A stretch of DNA of 64,000 bases, taken from assembly GCA_964001285.1 (NCBI GenBank), contig CAXFAF010000007.1, forward strand, positions 8,255 to 72,254, written 5' to 3'. The translations under genes and the position numbers were made by a program. The stretch is from an uncultured bacterium (GTDB lineage Bacteria; Pseudomonadota; Alphaproteobacteria; MED-G09). The notes beneath the pieces were generated by a model. The model did no database searches, had not been told where the DNA came from, and saw nothing but the letters and a program-made list of their open reading frames with translations. Below, in pieces: positions 47,840 to 62,511 of this stretch. Within the stretch, counting starts at the first letter, position 1. Every line of letters begins with the position of its first letter.

Positions 47840-49243
47840 ATGGACCTATTAAATAAAAAAGGAAAGATATTTTTAACAGGGATAGGTGGTATTGGTATGA
47901 GCGGTATAGCAGAGATTTTGCATAACTTAGGGTATGAAGTTTCTGGTTCAGACATAAAGGATGGGTCAAATGTTAGAAGGCTGAAAAAAATTGGGATTAA
48001 GATAAAAATAGGTCACAATGAAAACAATGTTATTGGTATATCTTTATTGGTTTATTCTTCTGCAATTAAACCGAATAATAAAGAGTTAAAGAAAGCAAGA
48101 TCTTTAGGGATACCTCTTGTAAGTCGTTCAGAGATGCTTGCAGAGTTAATGCGAATGAAAAAAACCATTACCGTTGCAGGTAGTCACGGTAAAACTTCAA
48201 CGATTTCTATAATTTCTGAAATATTTTTCACATCCAAGCTTGATCCTACTGTTATAAATGGAGGAATTATCAATTCTTTTGGTTCTAACACTCGATTAGG
48301 ATCGAGTGAATGGATGATTGTTGAAACAGACGAATCTGATGGAAGTTTTGTAAACTTACCATCGTTTTGTGGGTTGATTACCTCCATTGATGATGAACAT
48401 ATTGATTATTATAAAAATATAAAAAATTTAGAAAAAGCTTTTGAAGAATATATAAATAATACATCTATTTTCGGATTTTCCGCAATTTGTTCAGACGATA
48501 AAACTGCTTTTAAATTAGCTAAAAAACAAAATAGGGCAAATATAGTTTTTTATGGGACGAATAAAAGTGCAAATTATAGAGCAAAAAATATCAGGATAAA
48601 AAACAATGGTCAGTTTTTTGATGTCGAGATTAAACATATAAATAAGAAAAATAAAATCTATAGAAATATTTTTTTTCCTATGCATGGAAAGCATAATTTA
48701 AATAATGCTTTAGGCGCAATAACTTTATCTCATAAACTTGGAATTGATTTTCAATCAATTAAAAAAGCTCTAGAAAATTTTCAAGGAGTAAAAAGAAGAC
48801 TTACCCTAATATCAGAATACAAAGGTATATGTTTTTATGATGATTATGCGCATCATCCATCAGAAATAAGAGCAACCTTGCAGGCATTAAAGGAACTAAG
48901 GATGAAGAGAATAATTACGGTTATTCAACCGCATAGATATTCTAGGATTAAACATACTTTCCATAATTATAAAAAGAGCTTTGTTAATTCTGATTTAACT
49001 GTTGTATTGCCTGTTTATGCGGCAGGAGAAAAACCAATAAACAAATATAACTCTAAATTTATTGTCAAATCAATAAAAGAGCAATCCAAGAATCTGGCTT
49101 ATAAATTTGATGATTTCCTTTCAGTAGAAAGTTTTCTTTTAAAGGAAATAAAAAGAGGTGATTTAGTTGTTTTTATGGGTGCTGGCAGTATTTCTGGATG
49201 GGCTAATAATTTTATAAGTAAATTGAGTAAACCAAATGAATAA
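47840..49243 (+). CDS. murC: UDP-N-acetylmuramate--L-alanine ligase
   Basis: IFLTGIGGIGMSGIAEIL N-terminal motif and Mur P-loop GSHGKTST. 467 aa. Confidence 0.9.
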   Translation: MDLLNKKGKIFLTGIGGIGMSGIAEILHNLGYEVSGSDIKDGSNVRRLKKIGIKIKIGHNENNVIGISLLVYSSAIKPNNKELKKARSLGIPLVSRSEMLAELMRMKKTITVAGSHGKTSTISIISEIFFTSKLDPTVINGGIINSFGSNTRLGSSEWMIVETDESDGSFVNLPSFCGLITSIDDEHIDYYKNIKNLEKAFEEYINNTSIFGFSAICSDDKTAFKLAKKQNRANIVFYGTNKSANYRAKNIRIKNNGQFFDVEIKHINKKNKIYRNIFFPMHGKHNLNNALGAITLSHKLGIDFQSIKKALENFQGVKRRLTLISEYKGICFYDDYAHHPSEIRATLQALKELRMKRIITVIQPHRYSRIKHTFHNYKKSFVNSDLTVVLPVYAAGEKPINKYNSKFIVKSIKEQSKNLAYKFDDFLSVESFLLKEIKRGDLVVFMGAGSISGWANNFISKLSKPNE

Positions 49244-50153
49244 ATTAATAGAAAAATTTGATCAATCCGAAAGTAATTATGGTTTAAAAGGAAAATTTTT
49301 CTCTAATAAATCTTTAAAAAATATAAGTTGGTTTAAAGTGGGCGGCCCTGCTGAGTGTTTGTACATCCCAAGTGATCAAGAAGACCTTTCAAGATTTTTA
49401 AAATATACAGATAAATCTGAAAAAATTAATGTTTTTGGAAGGTTATCAAATGTCTTAATTAGGGATAAAGGATTAACTGGATTGACGATTTTAATTCCTC
49501 CAAGTATCTCAGAATTCAACATACTTAAAAATAATACAATTGAAGTAGGTTCAGGCATGTTAGATAAAGATTTCTCAAAAATTGCATTAGAAAATGAAAT
49601 AGGCGGAATGGAATTTCTATCTGGTATTCCTGGAAATTTAGGCGGCGCAATTGCCATGAATGCTGGATGTTATGGAAAGGAGATTAAAGATATATTTGTT
49701 GAGGCAAGGGTTATGAATAGGGACGGTAAGATAATAAGTCTAAAAAATGATCAAATGCAATTTTCTTATAGGAATTCAATTATCAGGGATGATCAAATAA
49801 TTATTGCAGGGGTTTTTCGAGGTAAGAAAAAAAGCAAAAAGAGGATTACAGAAGAGATAAAAAAAGTAGAATTTCAAAAAAAGAATACTCAACCAAGTGG
49901 AGTTGCAACAGGAGGAAGTACTTTTAAGAATCCGAAAGAAGTTAAAGCCTGGGAGTTAATTAATTCAGTTGGTTTAAGTGGATTTCAATTAGGAGGAGCA
50001 ATGATATCTCCTGATCACAATAATTTTTTTGTTAACACAGGTAATGCTTCAGCATCAGATATTGAAGATCTAGGTAATTTAGTTATTGAGAAAGTAAAAA
50101 ATAAACATGGAGTAATTCTTGAATGGGAAATTAGAATTATTGGAGATAGATAA
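49236..50153 (+). CDS. murB: UDP-N-acetylenolpyruvoylglucosamine reductase
   Basis: FAD-binding PCMH domain followed by the MurB C-terminal domain (GSTFKNP). 305 aa. Confidence 0.85.
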   Translation: MNKLIEKFDQSESNYGLKGKFFSNKSLKNISWFKVGGPAECLYIPSDQEDLSRFLKYTDKSEKINVFGRLSNVLIRDKGLTGLTILIPPSISEFNILKNNTIEVGSGMLDKDFSKIALENEIGGMEFLSGIPGNLGGAIAMNAGCYGKEIKDIFVEARVMNRDGKIISLKNDQMQFSYRNSIIRDDQIIIAGVFRGKKKSKKRITEEIKKVEFQKKNTQPSGVATGGSTFKNPKEVKAWELINSVGLSGFQLGGAMISPDHNNFFVNTGNASASDIEDLGNLVIEKVKNKHGVILEWEIRIIGDR

Positions 50154-50155
50154 AG

Positions 50156-51067
50156 GTGTTTAAAGGTAAAATTATCATTTTAAAAGGAGGTTATTCTCAT
50201 GAAAGGGATATAAGCCTTAAATCAGCAGAAAATGTAGAGAAAGCTCTAGAAAAGATTGGTTATAAATATGATTCAATTGATTGTGTTGATGAGTTCATTA
50301 ACAAAATAATAAATTCTAAGGCAGAGTTATGTTTTAATGCCCTTCATGGAGAATTTGGCGAAGATGGTCAAATACAAGCTATTCTTGATAAACTTAACAT
50401 TAAATATACTCACTCAGGAGTTTCTTCATCATTAATAGCAATGAATAAGGCAATCTCAAAAGAGATATTTATAAGAAATAACCTACCAACTCCTAATTAT
50501 CAGCTAATTGAAAAAAATAAATTTCATTCTTTGGATTTAAAGCCACCTTTTGTGATTAAGCCAGTAAATAATGGTTCAAGCATAGGAATTTATATAATTT
50601 TAAATGAATCAGATAAGATTAGATTGATAAAGGAATTAGAAGATTGGCAATATGGGAATTATATAATGGTTGAAAAATATATTAAAGGTCGAGAATTAAC
50701 ATGCGGAATAATTAATGGAAAACCTACTGAGGTAATGGAAATTAAGCCCAGAAATAATTTCTATGATTATGATACAAAATATACTAAAGGAATGTCTGAT
50801 CATTTTATACCAGCTGAATTGCCGAAAAATTTATATGATAACATAAAAGAGATGACTCTTGATTGTCATAATCTTCTAAATTGTAATGGAATTACTAGAA
50901 CTGATTTTCGATTAGAAGAAGAATCAAACAAACCTTTTGTTCTAGAAATAAATACACATCCAGGATTAACAAAAACCTCTCTAATTCCTGAATTGGCATC
51001 AGCACAAGGTATATCTTATACAGATTTAATTTGTTTAATTATTGAGGAGGCCCTATGCCGAGAATAG
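50156..51067 (+). CDS. ddl: D-alanine--D-alanine ligase
   Basis: ATP-grasp fold. N-terminal IIILKGGYSHERDISLKSAENV, then KPVNNGSSIGI. 303 aa. GTG start. Confidence 0.85.
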   Translation: MFKGKIIILKGGYSHERDISLKSAENVEKALEKIGYKYDSIDCVDEFINKIINSKAELCFNALHGEFGEDGQIQAILDKLNIKYTHSGVSSSLIAMNKAISKEIFIRNNLPTPNYQLIEKNKFHSLDLKPPFVIKPVNNGSSIGIYIILNESDKIRLIKELEDWQYGNYIMVEKYIKGRELTCGIINGKPTEVMEIKPRNNFYDYDTKYTKGMSDHFIPAELPKNLYDNIKEMTLDCHNLLNCNGITRTDFRLEEESNKPFVLEINTHPGLTKTSLIPELASAQGISYTDLICLIIEEALCRE

Positions 51068-51795
51068 TTAGTAGGGTATATATTATCTCACTTTTGATCA
51101 TCAGTATTTTGTCGATTTCTGTTTATCTATACTACGACAAAGGTAACCCAATAAATATTTACTTTAACAATAAAGCTGAAAACTTTTTTAAGCTTGAAAC
51201 ATTAAAACTTGATGGCAGATATAGATCTAATAAAGAGCAAATATTATCTACATTATCGCTTAAAAAAGACAGTCCAATATTATTTTTGGACTTAGGTGAT
51301 TTAAGAAAGAAAATTCTTGTAGTACCTTGGATTAAGAATGCTAGTATTAGTAGAAAATTTCCGAATGAAATTCATATAAAAATTGAAGAATATCAACCAT
51401 CCGTTATTTGGGAGCATAAGAATGAAATTTATGTTCTTGATGATCAGGGTTATCATATAGAAAAGGTAAATAAAAAAGATGGCTATGATGACTTACTGCA
51501 CATTTCTGGAGAGTCTGCCGATATAAATGTTGAAAGCCTTATATTGGCTTTAAGCCAATATCCTTCCTTAAAAGATCGGATTGATTATACGAAATTTATA
51601 GGAAAAAGGAGATGGGATTTATATTTTAAGGAAGGGGTGCTTATAAAATTACCTATGGGCGATATTAATGATGCTCTTCTCGAACTAGATCAACACTTAA
51701 AGGATTATAATCTTATTGAGAAAGGGCATAAAAAAATTGATTTAAGAGTAAAAGGTGAAATTTCAACAGATAGGATTTTTAAAAGCAACCAATGA
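51055..51795 (+). CDS. ftsQ: cell division protein FtsQ
   Basis: Bitopic with an N-terminal TM segment, a POTRA-like region and an FtsQ beta domain. 246 aa. Canonical position between ddl and ftsA. Confidence 0.7.
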   Translation: MPRIVSRVYIISLLIISILSISVYLYYDKGNPINIYFNNKAENFFKLETLKLDGRYRSNKEQILSTLSLKKDSPILFLDLGDLRKKILVVPWIKNASISRKFPNEIHIKIEEYQPSVIWEHKNEIYVLDDQGYHIEKVNKKDGYDDLLHISGESADINVESLILALSQYPSLKDRIDYTKFIGKRRWDLYFKEGVLIKLPMGDINDALLELDQHLKDYNLIEKGHKKIDLRVKGEISTDRIFKSNQ

Positions 51796-53078
51796 AGTCG
51801 AACATAAAACAAGAAGATCTTTTTGCAAAACAATTTAAATCAAGCCAATCAAAAGGTGTAATTACGGCAATCGACATTGGTTCCGATAAAATTGTTTGTT
51901 TAATAGCTAAGATTGATGAAATAACGAGAGAAAAAAGAGCTATAAGGGTTATAGGTTCAGGATATTGTCAGTCTAAAGGAATAAGAAATGGAAGAATCAT
52001 TGATCCTAAAGAAGCTGAAAAATCGATAAGACTTGCCCTCGATAAGGCTGAGCAAAATGCAAATATTGAAGTCAACAATGTATATATATGTATTTCAGGA
52101 AATTTTATTAAAAGTCATGTTATTAAAGGTAAATTAGAAATTCCCGATAAAACTATTAATCAAGAACATGTTTCTAATGTTATAGCATTAACTCATGAGA
52201 AGTATAAAGTTGGTGATCAAAGAATTATGCATATTGTTCCTTCTAAATTTTTTGTGGATGGAGCTAGAAATGTTGCTGATCCAACAGGATTGATTGCTGA
52301 TAATTTAGGTGTTGAATTAAACTACATTACATCTGATCAAAATCCATTAATTAACATCGAAAATATCATCCAAAATATTCATCTGAATTTAAAAGGCATT
52401 GTTGCTAAACCATATGCTTCAGCTTTAGCATGTTTACAGGATCATGAACTCGATTTTGGGTCTATTTGTATAGACATAGGTTGTGGGACAACATCAATAT
52501 CTATTTTTTTTGAAGGTACTATTGTATTTGCTTCTACAATAAATCTTGGAGGGTGGCATATTACTAATGATATAGCCTATGGACTTAATACGCCTTTTGA
52601 ACATGCTGAAGGTATAAAAAATTTATTTGGTAATGCTATTATGGGGTCAAAGGATTCTGAGCAATATTATGAAGTGCCTAGTGATGAAGATAATTCTATA
52701 ATGAAGAAATTTAAGTTAAGTGATCTTGTATCTATAATAAGACATAGATTTGAAGAAATTATTGAAGAGGCTGAAAAAGTTATTGAGCGTTCAGGTTATT
52801 CTGATCTAGCAAAAAGGAATATTGTTTTAACCGGTGGAACATCTGAATTAAGGGGAAGTATAGAAATTGCAAAAAGAATACTTGATACAAATATAAGGTT
52901 AGGGATACCAATAAAAATAGGTGGTTTATCAGAAGATATTGGTGGACCATCCTTTGCAGCATGTTCAGGAGTTTTAATGCATTGTTTAAAACAATCCAAG
53001 AAAGAACACGAAACCATAAAAAACAACAGAAGTTCTATAAATAAGTTTTTTAAAAATATAATGGGAGCGGATTTTTAA
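51792..53078 (+). CDS. ftsA: cell division protein FtsA
   Basis: Actin-like ATPase fold (VITAIDIGSDKIVCLIA phosphate-1, DIGCGTTSISIF phosphate-2). 428 aa. Confidence 0.85.
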   Translation: MKSNIKQEDLFAKQFKSSQSKGVITAIDIGSDKIVCLIAKIDEITREKRAIRVIGSGYCQSKGIRNGRIIDPKEAEKSIRLALDKAEQNANIEVNNVYICISGNFIKSHVIKGKLEIPDKTINQEHVSNVIALTHEKYKVGDQRIMHIVPSKFFVDGARNVADPTGLIADNLGVELNYITSDQNPLINIENIIQNIHLNLKGIVAKPYASALACLQDHELDFGSICIDIGCGTTSISIFFEGTIVFASTINLGGWHITNDIAYGLNTPFEHAEGIKNLFGNAIMGSKDSEQYYEVPSDEDNSIMKKFKLSDLVSIIRHRFEEIIEEAEKVIERSGYSDLAKRNIVLTGGTSELRGSIEIAKRILDTNIRLGIPIKIGGLSEDIGGPSFAACSGVLMHCLKQSKKEHETIKNNRSSINKFFKNIMGADF

Positions 53079-53133
53079 ATCCCCCAACTCCTTGTTAATT
53101 ATAAAGAATCAGTAGAAAAAATAGTAAAAGCTA

Positions 53134-54465
53134 TTGGAGGGTCTATTGTCTATTGAATTATCTGCACCAGAGGTAGAGAAATTAAAACCAAGATTAGCAC
53201 TGTTGGGAATAGGTGGAGGGGGTGGAAATGCGCTCAAAACTATGATCGATTGTGGTCTTAAGGGAGTAGATTTATATGCAGTTAATACAGATGCACAAGC
53301 TTTGGAAGAGCATGATCAAACGACAAGAATACAAATAGGCGCAAATATAACTAAAGGTCTTGGGGCGGGAGCAGATCCTAAGATTGGAAAGAAAGCTGCT
53401 CAAGAGTCTTTAGAAGAAATCGAAAGCTATCTTAAAGGTATTAATATGCTCTTTATCACAGCTTGTATGGGTGGAGGAACTGGTACTGGAGCAGCGCCAG
53501 TTGTAGCTAAACTTGCTAAAGAAATGGGAATCTTAACTGTAGGTGTAGTTACAACTCCTTGGAAATATGACGGCACAAAAAGAATGAAAATGGCAAAAGA
53601 TGGTATAAATGAGCTTTCAAAATGCTTAGATACCTTGATTGTAGTGCCAAACGAGAATGTTTTTAGGGTAGCAAATATTGATACATCCTTTGATGAATGT
53701 AATGAAATAATAAATAGGACATTGTACGATGGGGTATCTGCAATAAGTTCCCTTATTACAAAAAGAGGAAGAATAAATATCGATTTTGCAGATGTAAAAA
53801 CAATAATGGCTTTTATTGGTAAGGCGATGTTTGGAGTTGGGCAATCTTCTGGAGATGATAGAGCTGTAATGGCTGCAAAAACATCAATTTCAAATCCTAT
53901 GCTTGATGGCATTAATTTGAGGGATGCTAAAGGGCTATTAATATCAATTACCGCAAATACAGAAATAACTCCTGTTGAAATAGATGCAGCGACAAATGTT
54001 ATTCAAAATGAGGTGAACAATCCTGATGATTGTGAAATAATAACAGGTGTATTTATGGATGAAGAATTAGGTGATGAGCTTATAGTTGCAACAGTTGCTA
54101 CCGGTATGAATGATGAAAGCGATGATAAAGTTGTTGAAATAGATAAACCTCAGATAGATGAAATAAATCAAGATAATGCGGATTCACCACAATCAATTGA
54201 ACTTGAGGTAAGAAAAGTTGGCCATGATGAACCAGTAAATACTGAGGATTATCCTGATTTAGATGAATTAGAAGATTCAAATGAAGATACTCAAGATAAA
54301 GAAAAAACTAGTAAAGAAGATAATCAGGTAATTGAAGAATTACCCGAGCCTGAAGATTGGGAAAATGATGATGTCCCTTTATTCAAAAGCGATAGGCTGG
54401 ATAATAATGATGATGACGATTTCGATTCCCAAATGGAAATCCCAGCTTTCCTAAGAAAAAAATAA
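53134..54465 (+). CDS. ftsZ: cell division GTPase FtsZ
   Basis: Tubulin signature GGGTGTGAAP and GIGGGGGNA. Long acidic linker. Conserved C-terminal peptide DIPAFLRKK. 443 aa. The track start is TTG 53134; an in-frame TTG at 53146 sits 5 nt downstream of a GGAGGG Shine-Dalgarno sequence and may be the true start. Confidence 0.9.
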   Translation: MEGLLSIELSAPEVEKLKPRLALLGIGGGGGNALKTMIDCGLKGVDLYAVNTDAQALEEHDQTTRIQIGANITKGLGAGADPKIGKKAAQESLEEIESYLKGINMLFITACMGGGTGTGAAPVVAKLAKEMGILTVGVVTTPWKYDGTKRMKMAKDGINELSKCLDTLIVVPNENVFRVANIDTSFDECNEIINRTLYDGVSAISSLITKRGRINIDFADVKTIMAFIGKAMFGVGQSSGDDRAVMAAKTSISNPMLDGINLRDAKGLLISITANTEITPVEIDAATNVIQNEVNNPDDCEIITGVFMDEELGDELIVATVATGMNDESDDKVVEIDKPQIDEINQDNADSPQSIELEVRKVGHDEPVNTEDYPDLDELEDSNEDTQDKEKTSKEDNQVIEELPEPEDWENDDVPLFKSDRLDNNDDDDFDSQMEIPAFLRKK

Positions 54466-54561
54466 TATTTATATTTAAGTTACAAATAGACACAATGTTT
54501 GATTTGGATTCTTTATTACGCACTGATAACAAATATAAAGTTAATAAATTAAAGGAAATGT

Positions 54562-55512
54562 ATGTCTTGTAATTTTACTTTAGCATCCGGTTTTTACCCA
54601 TGGCAAACTACGATAGGAAAAACTATTGAATCTTCTGGGATAGGGCTACATAAAGGCGATTTAACTGATATTAGGCTAAAGCCGGCAAAAGCTAATAGTG
54701 GAATTAGTTTTATCAGAACAGATCTCGAGGGAGATAATTCTGATAATTCAATTAGTGCGAATTATAAAAATGTATCTGACACTAACATGTGTACAACCAT
54801 TGAAAATGATAATAATTGCAACATATCGACTATTGAGCATTTAATGGCAGCCTTATCAGGTTCAGGTATTGATAATTTAGACATTGAGATAGAAGGGCCT
54901 GAAGTTCCAATAATGGATGGAAGCTCGAAACAATTTATAGCTCTTATTGAGGAAGCAGGAATAAAAAAGTTAACTGAAAAAAGGCAATATTTACGAATCC
55001 TAAAAAATGTAGAGGTTATTGATGGAGATAAGAAATGTTCCTTAAAGCCCAGCAGTAAAATGGAGTTTTTTGCATCTATAGATTTTTCTGACCGAGTAAT
55101 TGGTAAACAAGAATCTTATATCTCTATGGATCAATTCAATTTTAAAAAACATATATCTAATGCCAGGACATTTGGTTTTATGAAAGATGTTGAGGCTTTG
55201 AGGCGTTCCGGTCTAGGGCTTGGAGGAAGTCTTGAAAATTGTATAATTATTGACAATAACGAGGTAATTAATTCTGAAGGATTAAGATACGAAAATGAAT
55301 TTGTTATTCATAAGCTTTTAGATGCTATAGGAGATATATTTACCTCTGGCTACAGAATTCAAGGAAAATATGAAGGATATTTATGTGGGCATCATATGAA
55401 TAACTTATTATTGAAAGAATTGTTTAATAATGAAGATTCTTATGAAATATTTGAATTGGATGAAAATGTTATGAATTCTAATGATCATAAAGATCATTTA
55501 ATGTCGGCCTAA
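54562..55512 (+). CDS. lpxC: UDP-3-O-acyl-N-acetylglucosamine deacetylase
   Basis: LpxC N-terminal GIGLHKG and zinc-binding ISTIEHLMAAL (HxxE-like region) motifs. 316 aa. Follows ftsZ as in most proteobacteria. Confidence 0.85.
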   Translation: MSCNFTLASGFYPWQTTIGKTIESSGIGLHKGDLTDIRLKPAKANSGISFIRTDLEGDNSDNSISANYKNVSDTNMCTTIENDNNCNISTIEHLMAALSGSGIDNLDIEIEGPEVPIMDGSSKQFIALIEEAGIKKLTEKRQYLRILKNVEVIDGDKKCSLKPSSKMEFFASIDFSDRVIGKQESYISMDQFNFKKHISNARTFGFMKDVEALRRSGLGLGGSLENCIIIDNNEVINSEGLRYENEFVIHKLLDAIGDIFTSGYRIQGKYEGYLCGHHMNNLLLKELFNNEDSYEIFELDENVMNSNDHKDHLMSA

Positions 55513-55563
55513 ATATTTAACCTTCATATAGCTCTTTTGTTATTTTAATAATATAATTACCCT

Positions 55564-56337
55564 ATGAAAATATTGTCTATCAAAAATATTTATATTAATT
55601 GTCTTGCTATTCTTTTAGCAATTATTATTAGCGCTTGTTCAAGTGATGGGGATAGGCCTGAATATAGAGAAAGATCATTGGCGGCAATATATAATAATGC
55701 AGTTTATAATCTCGAAAATGGAAGATATCAGGCGGCAGCTTATGAGTTTGATGAGGTTGAAAGACAGCATCCATATTCTCCTTGGGCCAGAAGGTCGATG
55801 TTAATGTCTGCTTATACTTATTACCTTCAAAATAAGTATGATGAGGCAATTTCTTCCGCCCAAAGGTTTATATCTCTTCATCCCGGTAATAGGCATGCCG
55901 TATACGCTTATTATTTAATAGGGCAATCATATTATGAGAGAATTTCTGATATTGCCAGAGACCAAAAAATAACTGAACTTGCTCTTGAAGCTTTTAATGA
56001 AGTTATTCGAAGGTATCCGGATTCTGATTATGCCAAAGATGCACAATTAAAAATTGATTTAACAAGGGATCATTTAGCTGGAAAAGAAATGTACATAGGA
56101 AGATATTATCTTAAGCAAAGTGCTTTTTTAGCTGCCATTAACAGGTTTAGGTTGGTCGTTACAGATTATCAAAATACCAGTCACACACCAGAAGCTCTAC
56201 ATAGAATTGTAGAGGCATATATTTCTTTGGGTTTAATTGAGGAGGCAAAAATAACAGCTTCTGTATTAGGTCATAATTTTCCAGATAGTGAATGGTATAA
56301 GGATACCTATAATTTAATTAATAAATTTTTACAGTAA
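55564..56337 (+). CDS. bamD: outer membrane protein assembly factor BamD (YfiO-like TPR lipoprotein)
   Basis: Signal peptide with lipobox ISAC. TPR-like helical repeats. 257 aa. Conserved lpxC-downstream position in alphaproteobacteria. Confidence 0.7.
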   Translation: MKILSIKNIYINCLAILLAIIISACSSDGDRPEYRERSLAAIYNNAVYNLENGRYQAAAYEFDEVERQHPYSPWARRSMLMSAYTYYLQNKYDEAISSAQRFISLHPGNRHAVYAYYLIGQSYYERISDIARDQKITELALEAFNEVIRRYPDSDYAKDAQLKIDLTRDHLAGKEMYIGRYYLKQSAFLAAINRFRLVVTDYQNTSHTPEALHRIVEAYISLGLIEEAKITASVLGHNFPDSEWYKDTYNLINKFLQ

Positions 56338-60238
<3,901 letters not shown>

Positions 60239-60245
60239 TTTTTAA

Positions 60246-62480
60246 TTATAGCTTTTCTACAAAATTTTCCATAACTTTTCTTGTTCCGCTTTTTCCAAAA
60301 TTTATGGTTAATTTTTTTCCATCAATACTTAATATCTTTCCTTCCCCAAATTTCTTATGAATTACCCGTGATCCGAGTTGGAAAGGAGAGTTATTTAATA
60401 AATTATTATTCTTTTCAATATGGTCTATGGTTTTATTATTTGATTCATATTTTGCCCTTTCCCATCCAGGTGTATCATAATCTGATTGATCAAAATCTAT
60501 AAACTCTTGTTCTCGGAACAATTCCTTTTCTCCTGAATAATTTGATAGATCAGTTTCTGTATTTTCTTCTGGGAGCTCACTAACAAATCTAGAAGGAATA
60601 GAAGAAATCCATTGATTATGCATTCGTCTATTAGCAGAATAATAAATTGATGCTTTTTTCTTTGCACGTGTTACACCCACATAAGCTAATCTTCTTTCTT
60701 CTTCAAGGGATTCAATTCCCCCCTCATCTATTGCTCTTTGATTAGGAAAGACCCCCTCCTCCCAACCTGGCAGAAAAATATAATCAAATTCCAATCCTTT
60801 AGCTGCATGTAATGTCATGAGGCTAACTTTTTTTCCAAATTGATTATTATCAATTTCCATTACAAGAGATATATGCTCGAGGTAAGCCTTAATATTTTCA
60901 AAAGGTTCTAATGATCTAAACAATTCATAAACATTATCAACTCTTCCTTCAGCAGTAAGAGATTTATCATTTCTTAACATGTCTAAATATCCTGAATCTT
61001 CTACAATAATTTCTGCAATATCGATCTTATCTTCTTCATTAATTAATTTATTCCAGTGGAAAATTAATCCAACTAATTTTTTTAAAGAATTTTCTGCTTT
61101 GCCTTTAAAGGCCTTTTCATCAATCAGTTCTTTTATAGAATCAATCATCGGTAGATTATTTTGTTTAGATCTATCTCTAATCTTTTTTACAGTTGTTTCA
61201 CCAATTCCTCTTTTAGGAGTATTTATGATGCGCTCTAAAGCCAAACTATCGTTTGGCTGTAAAGCTATTCTTAAATATGCATTAACATCTCTAATTTCTT
61301 TTCTTTCATAAAATCTTGGACCACCAATAACTTTATATGGGAGTCCGACAGATATAAACCTGTCTTCAAATTCTCGCATTTGGAAACTTGCTCTTACTAA
61401 AATAGCTGTTTCGTCTAGATTGTAATTTTTAAGTGATAGTTTTTCTAATTCAGAGGTTATTTGCCGAGCTTCTTCTTCACCATCCCACACAGATTTTATG
61501 ATAATTTTTTCTCCTTGGCCTGAATTAGTCCATAAGGTTTTTCCTAGACGAGATTCATTGTTTTCAATTAATTTAGAAGCTGCGGTTAGAATGTGACCTG
61601 TAGATCTATAGTTTTCTTCTAATCGTATGACTTTAGCGTTAGGAAAGTCTTTTTCGAACCTTAGAATATTAGATATTTCTGCGCCTCTCCATGAGTATAT
61701 GGATTGATCATCATCTCCAACGCAACAAATATTTTTATATTTTCCAGAAAGTAGTTTCAATAATTTATACTGTGACACATTAGTATCTTGGTATTCATCA
61801 ACTAATATAAATTTAAATCTTTTTTGATAAGATTCCAGTATATCGGGATTATTTTCAAAAAGTCTTATGCACTCAAGTATTAAGTCTCCAAAATCAGCAG
61901 CATTAAAATATTTTAGCCTATCTTGATATATTTTATAAAGATGATGACCTTTCCCATTAGCATAGTAATCACCATCATTTGAAGATATATTTTCAGGGTA
62001 TAGACCTTTATTTTTCCATTTATCTATTAAATTTAATAACTGTTTTGCTGGCCATCTTTTGTCATCTATATTTTCGTCTTTTATGACTTGTTTTAATAAC
62101 CGCAACTGATCATCTGTATCTAATATGATAAAATTAGTATCTAAATTTATTTTTTGAGGATGGAATCTTAATATTTGTGCGCCAATAGAATGAAATGTTC
62201 CTAGCCATTTTAAACCAGTTGAAAGATCACCTATTTGACTGCTAATGCGCTCCTTCATTTCGTTAGCGGCCTTATTTGTAAAAGTGACTGAAAGGATTTC
62301 TCCTGGTAGAGCTCTTTTTTCCATTAAAAGTCTTATTAATCTTGTTGTTAATACACCTGTTTTACCTGTTCCAGCGCCAGCCAAAACAAGAACAGGTCCT
62401 TCATTATGAAAAACGGCTATATTTTGTGGTTCGTTTAATCTTTTAAAAAGGTTAATTTCTTCATAGTTTATATTATTCAT
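60246..62480 (-). CDS. uvrD: ATP-dependent DNA helicase, UvrD/Rep family
   Basis: Walker A AGAGTGKTGVLT, DEYQDTN (DExx) motif and C-terminal Tudor-like tail. 744 aa. Confidence 0.85.
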   Translation of the reverse strand: MNNINYEEINLFKRLNEPQNIAVFHNEGPVLVLAGAGTGKTGVLTTRLIRLLMEKRALPGEILSVTFTNKAANEMKERISSQIGDLSTGLKWLGTFHSIGAQILRFHPQKINLDTNFIILDTDDQLRLLKQVIKDENIDDKRWPAKQLLNLIDKWKNKGLYPENISSNDGDYYANGKGHHLYKIYQDRLKYFNAADFGDLILECIRLFENNPDILESYQKRFKFILVDEYQDTNVSQYKLLKLLSGKYKNICCVGDDDQSIYSWRGAEISNILRFEKDFPNAKVIRLEENYRSTGHILTAASKLIENNESRLGKTLWTNSGQGEKIIIKSVWDGEEEARQITSELEKLSLKNYNLDETAILVRASFQMREFEDRFISVGLPYKVIGGPRFYERKEIRDVNAYLRIALQPNDSLALERIINTPKRGIGETTVKKIRDRSKQNNLPMIDSIKELIDEKAFKGKAENSLKKLVGLIFHWNKLINEEDKIDIAEIIVEDSGYLDMLRNDKSLTAEGRVDNVYELFRSLEPFENIKAYLEHISLVMEIDNNQFGKKVSLMTLHAAKGLEFDYIFLPGWEEGVFPNQRAIDEGGIESLEEERRLAYVGVTRAKKKASIYYSANRRMHNQWISSIPSRFVSELPEENTETDLSNYSGEKELFREQEFIDFDQSDYDTPGWERAKYESNNKTIDHIEKNNNLLNNSPFQLGSRVIHKKFGEGKILSIDGKKLTINFGKSGTRKVMENFVEKL

Positions 62481-62511
62481 CTAAATTTCTTTTTTTAAAT
62501 TTACTTTATAT

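Noticed and set aside
53079-53145. CtrA/DnaA-type elements in the ftsZ upstream spacer
   Set aside because: A single GAATC (GANTC) site near 53105 and a good GGAGGG Shine-Dalgarno sequence are present. No convincing TTAA-N7-TTAA or DnaA box, so not reported as a finding.
53427-53912. 161-aa antisense ORF inside ftsZ (also 53626..53844 and 54098..54280)
   Set aside because: Shadow ORFs opposite a highly conserved gene. Their Gly/Ala/Pro-rich translation mirrors the ftsZ glycine-rich region.
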